The position numbers and the translations under genes are program-made. Below the pieces are notes generated by a model. The model was not told the DNA's origin. It did not search any database and was given only the letters and a program-made list of their open reading frames with translations. A stretch of DNA of 64,000 nucleotides from Octopus sinensis (Eukaryota). Positions 61,435 to 64,000 of the stretch are shown here, piece after piece; within the stretch, counting starts at the first letter, position 1, and every line of letters begins with the position of its first letter. The DNA lies in contig NC_043010.1 in assembly GCF_006345805.1 (NCBI RefSeq), positions 30,566,001 to 30,630,000 on the forward strand. The letters run 5' to 3'.

Positions 61435-61770
61435 TCACACACACATGATTGAAGAAAATGGAGTCAACAATAAGGTTGGACAGTTATTTTTTTGTTCATT
61501 CCAATTTCTTCAATTTTATATTCAGACACGACGAATACACAAACATAAAACTGGAAGTATATAATAATGCTACCGGATAGTATTGGGTAATTCTACCCAC
61601 TTCCTAACGGAATCTACCATAGCTATATATATATACACCAATTCTACTTACAAGGCTTTGGTCGGCCCGGAGTTATAGTGGAAGACACTTGCCCAAGGTA
61701 CCACGCTGTGGGACTCAACCAGAAACCATTGGTTGGGAAATAAGCTTCTTACCACACAGTCACGCCTGCG
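61233..61770 (-). mobile_element. Fragmented type A SINE
   Basis: 3' part 61233-61385 (internally deleted) and 5' part 61647-61770. Confidence 0.75.
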
Positions 61771-61856
61771 ATATACAGTATATATATCCTTTTATTCTTT
61801 TACTTATTTCAGTAATTTGACTGCGGCCATGCTGGAGCACCACCTAAACGTATGAG

Positions 61857-61964
61857 ATGCTTACAGCACCTAGACTTCCCCAGCGGTCACCCATCTAAGT
61901 ACTCATTAGGCTCGATTTTGTTTATCTTCGGTGATCGGACGAGAACCGGCATTCAACGTGATAT
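61857..61964 (-). pseudogene. 5S rRNA pseudogene lacking about the first 10 nt
   Basis: Minus strand atatcacgttgaatgccggttctcgtccgatcaccgaagataaacaaaatcgagcctaatgagtacttagatgggtgaccgctggggaagtctaggtgctgtaagcat is collinear with invertebrate 5S rRNA; substitutions in box A and box C. Confidence 0.88.
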
Positions 61965-62105
61965 ATATATATATATATATAATCTATGCATATATACATA
62001 ACATATAGGTACATGCCTACATATATATATATATTATATAGGCATATATACATACATATATGTACATGCCTACATATATTATATATATATATATATATAT
62101 GCATA

Positions 62106-62360
62106 TATGGGTACAGGACATAAAAAAGTTGAACACAACATGAGAAACGAAAACATAAAAACAAAAACATAGAACGAACCTTTTTGGAACAACGAAAAAA
62201 ACAAACAGAGAAACGAGACATGCAACATAAAGAATATTCCCCTTCTTCAGTTGTCCTGTTCATCTACACCGCGCACGAAGGCAAGGACAATACGCGACTT
62301 CGTTGAAACAATCCTTCCTGCAAAGCAAATTAAATAAAATTTGGGATTTGGTGGGGGGGA
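62106..62360. repeat. Unclassified interspersed element between (TA)n tracts
   Basis: Non-microsatellite block bounded by (TA)n; contains an aggacaa/ttgtcct inverted pair. One copy in the window. Confidence 0.35.
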
Positions 62361-62458
62361 TTTTTTTATATATATATTTTTTATATATATGTATATATAT
62401 ATATATGTATATATATATGTATATATTATATACATACATACATACATACATACATACA

Positions 62459-62493
<35 letters not shown>

Positions 62494-62739
62494 GTATGTA
62501 TGTATGCATGTAAATATCTATATACATGTATAAAGATGTTTGTGTGTGTGTATTAATTTTTTGCAACAATGTATAGGCTGTTGAAGGCCGTCCCTAAAAT
62601 ATAGGACTGGATTTCTTCATATTTTAGCTCTAACTAAGGGTTCCGCGTTCTATGGAAAAAGGAATTTTGACAATATTGCTCTCTAATGATTGTCTAAATC
62701 CATCATTTTGATATTTGTTTCCATTTTTTATCTTTTTAG

Positions 62740-63210
62740 GTTACGGACATGTTTCTCCGTCTACCGACTGGGGTCGCATCGCCACAATGATTTATGGAGC
62801 AATTGGTGTTCCGTTGGCATTGATTGTTTTAGCTGATATGGGTCGTCACTTCACCGTCCTTTTAAAAGTACTCTGGGTCCTTGCCCGTAAATCCTGCGAC
62901 GTAGGAGCCTGTATTTGTCGCGTTTCAGCATCAGCGGCCGCCACTGCCGGAGGTGCAGTGGTGAGTGCAGGCCGTCGCAAGATTTCACGGGATAGGAAGC
63001 CGCCTTACAAAATAACGGACCGCTTCGAAAACGAAGATGGAAGTGCGCCTATAGCTCAATGGGAAGATTCACGCACGCCAGTATCGGAAAACACTGAGGA
63101 AGACGAGTTTGATGACCAAGACGGTGGAATGTTTGGGAGTGGTTTCCTGAGAATAAGTGGAAAGACACCGACTCTGGCAGACATAGATGACCAGTTCAAC
63201 CTTCCAATGG
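62740..63210 (+). CDS. K2P channel second coding exon: rest of P1, M2 and the long M2-M3 loop
   Basis: Acceptor tttttatctttttag ends at 62739; G|GT completes TTIGYGHVSP; M2 IATMIYGAIGVPLALIVLADMG; ends DDQFNLPM with donor GTGAGT at 63211 (phase 1). M3, P2 and M4 lie beyond the window. Confidence 0.93.
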
Positions 63211-64000
63211 GTGAGTATATTACGTATGTGTGCTTTTGTGTATGCGTGTATAAGTATTTGTGTGTGTGTGAGTGTAAGTGTTTGTGTATGCATGTTTGTG
63301 AAAAAGAGGGAGAGAAGAAAAGTGGTATTGGAGACTGTTGTAAACTATTTGCTAGCTTGATTGGCCCCCAAATCACCTCTGACCAAGTAACCTCTGATCA
63401 AAAAGCATTTTAGCCTCTCTCTTTTTTTTTTTTTTTTTGAGACATAGCATATGTAGGACCACATTATCCAATATATTCTTCCTCTTTTTTATTTATAAAA
63501 AAGGGTAGAGTGTAATTTGAGAGAGATTTAGTTGCTCCGTCTAGCACATCGAAAGACCACACAGAAGCTCCCTCTGTGACTAAAGTTGTAGACGAGTCTG
63601 TTATGTTATACTGTATGCAACAAAAAACCTTCACAGTTTCCAATTTCTTATAAACGTTTTGACAATAAACGCACGATATGCACCAATCTGATCCACGATG
63701 GCAACTAAAAACAAAAGCGATTAAGCATTAGCTACATAGAGACAATATTACCACCTGCCTAACTTTTCTCCACTCCAATAGCCGTGTAAAACATGAGAGA
63801 TTTTTCTGCCTTACCTTGAATCTAATTCATAATTCATAACATCGTCAAACATTTTCTCTGGATTTCTAGTAAGTACCCCAGTCACTGAAAATTAGAAACA
63901 CTTTTTTTTCTGACGAAACGTTTGTCCTCTTTCAGTGTTAGAGTCCACTTGTTTTTGTATTGATGTGACCAAAATGTTACACCAATCGACATTGGAGAGC

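Noticed and set aside
62215-62300. Minus-strand stem followed by CTGAAGA as a hammerhead
   Set aside because: The GAAA core strand is absent (atgttg in its place), although a CATGTC-like site follows.
62715-62739. TTG start of the 232-aa ORF, and its tail after 63210
   Set aside because: These are the polypyrimidine tract and the downstream intron.

Overview
Eukaryotic, repeat-dominated animal DNA, most consistent with an octopus (inferred from the SINE types, extreme microsatellite load and an invertebrate-type K2P gene; not verifiable without a search). The only clear host gene is the 5' part of a two-pore-domain K+ channel (TWiK/TWK-18-like): coding exons 56608-57016 and 62740-63210, with the gene continuing past the window. 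The rest is tRNA-derived SINEs of at least four types, Penelope-like element (PLE) remnants, R4/Dong-clade and L1/Tx1-like LINE fragments, Tc1/mariner and Merlin transposon remnants, MITE/foldback elements, a 5S rRNA pseudogene and microsatellites. Nearly all ORFs in the supplied track are microsatellite translations. Main findings: (1) about ten minimal hammerhead-ribozyme (HHR) motifs from intact to decayed, several in sense orientation downstream of PLE GIY-YIG ORFs; (2) a small non-autonomous repeat family whose HHR-like core reads CUGU-N-GA instead of CUGA-N-GA in all three informative copies; (3) a 1.3-kb spacerless palindrome centred in a SINE microsatellite; (4) R4-like LINE fragments joined to (CATA)n arrays; (5) a 5S-head/SINE-tail chimera; (6) SINE dimers with the same junction at two loci; (7) a ~900-nt ATG-free stretch upstream of the channel start codon. 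All alignments and folds were done by eye, and family names rest on recalled motifs rather than database hits.
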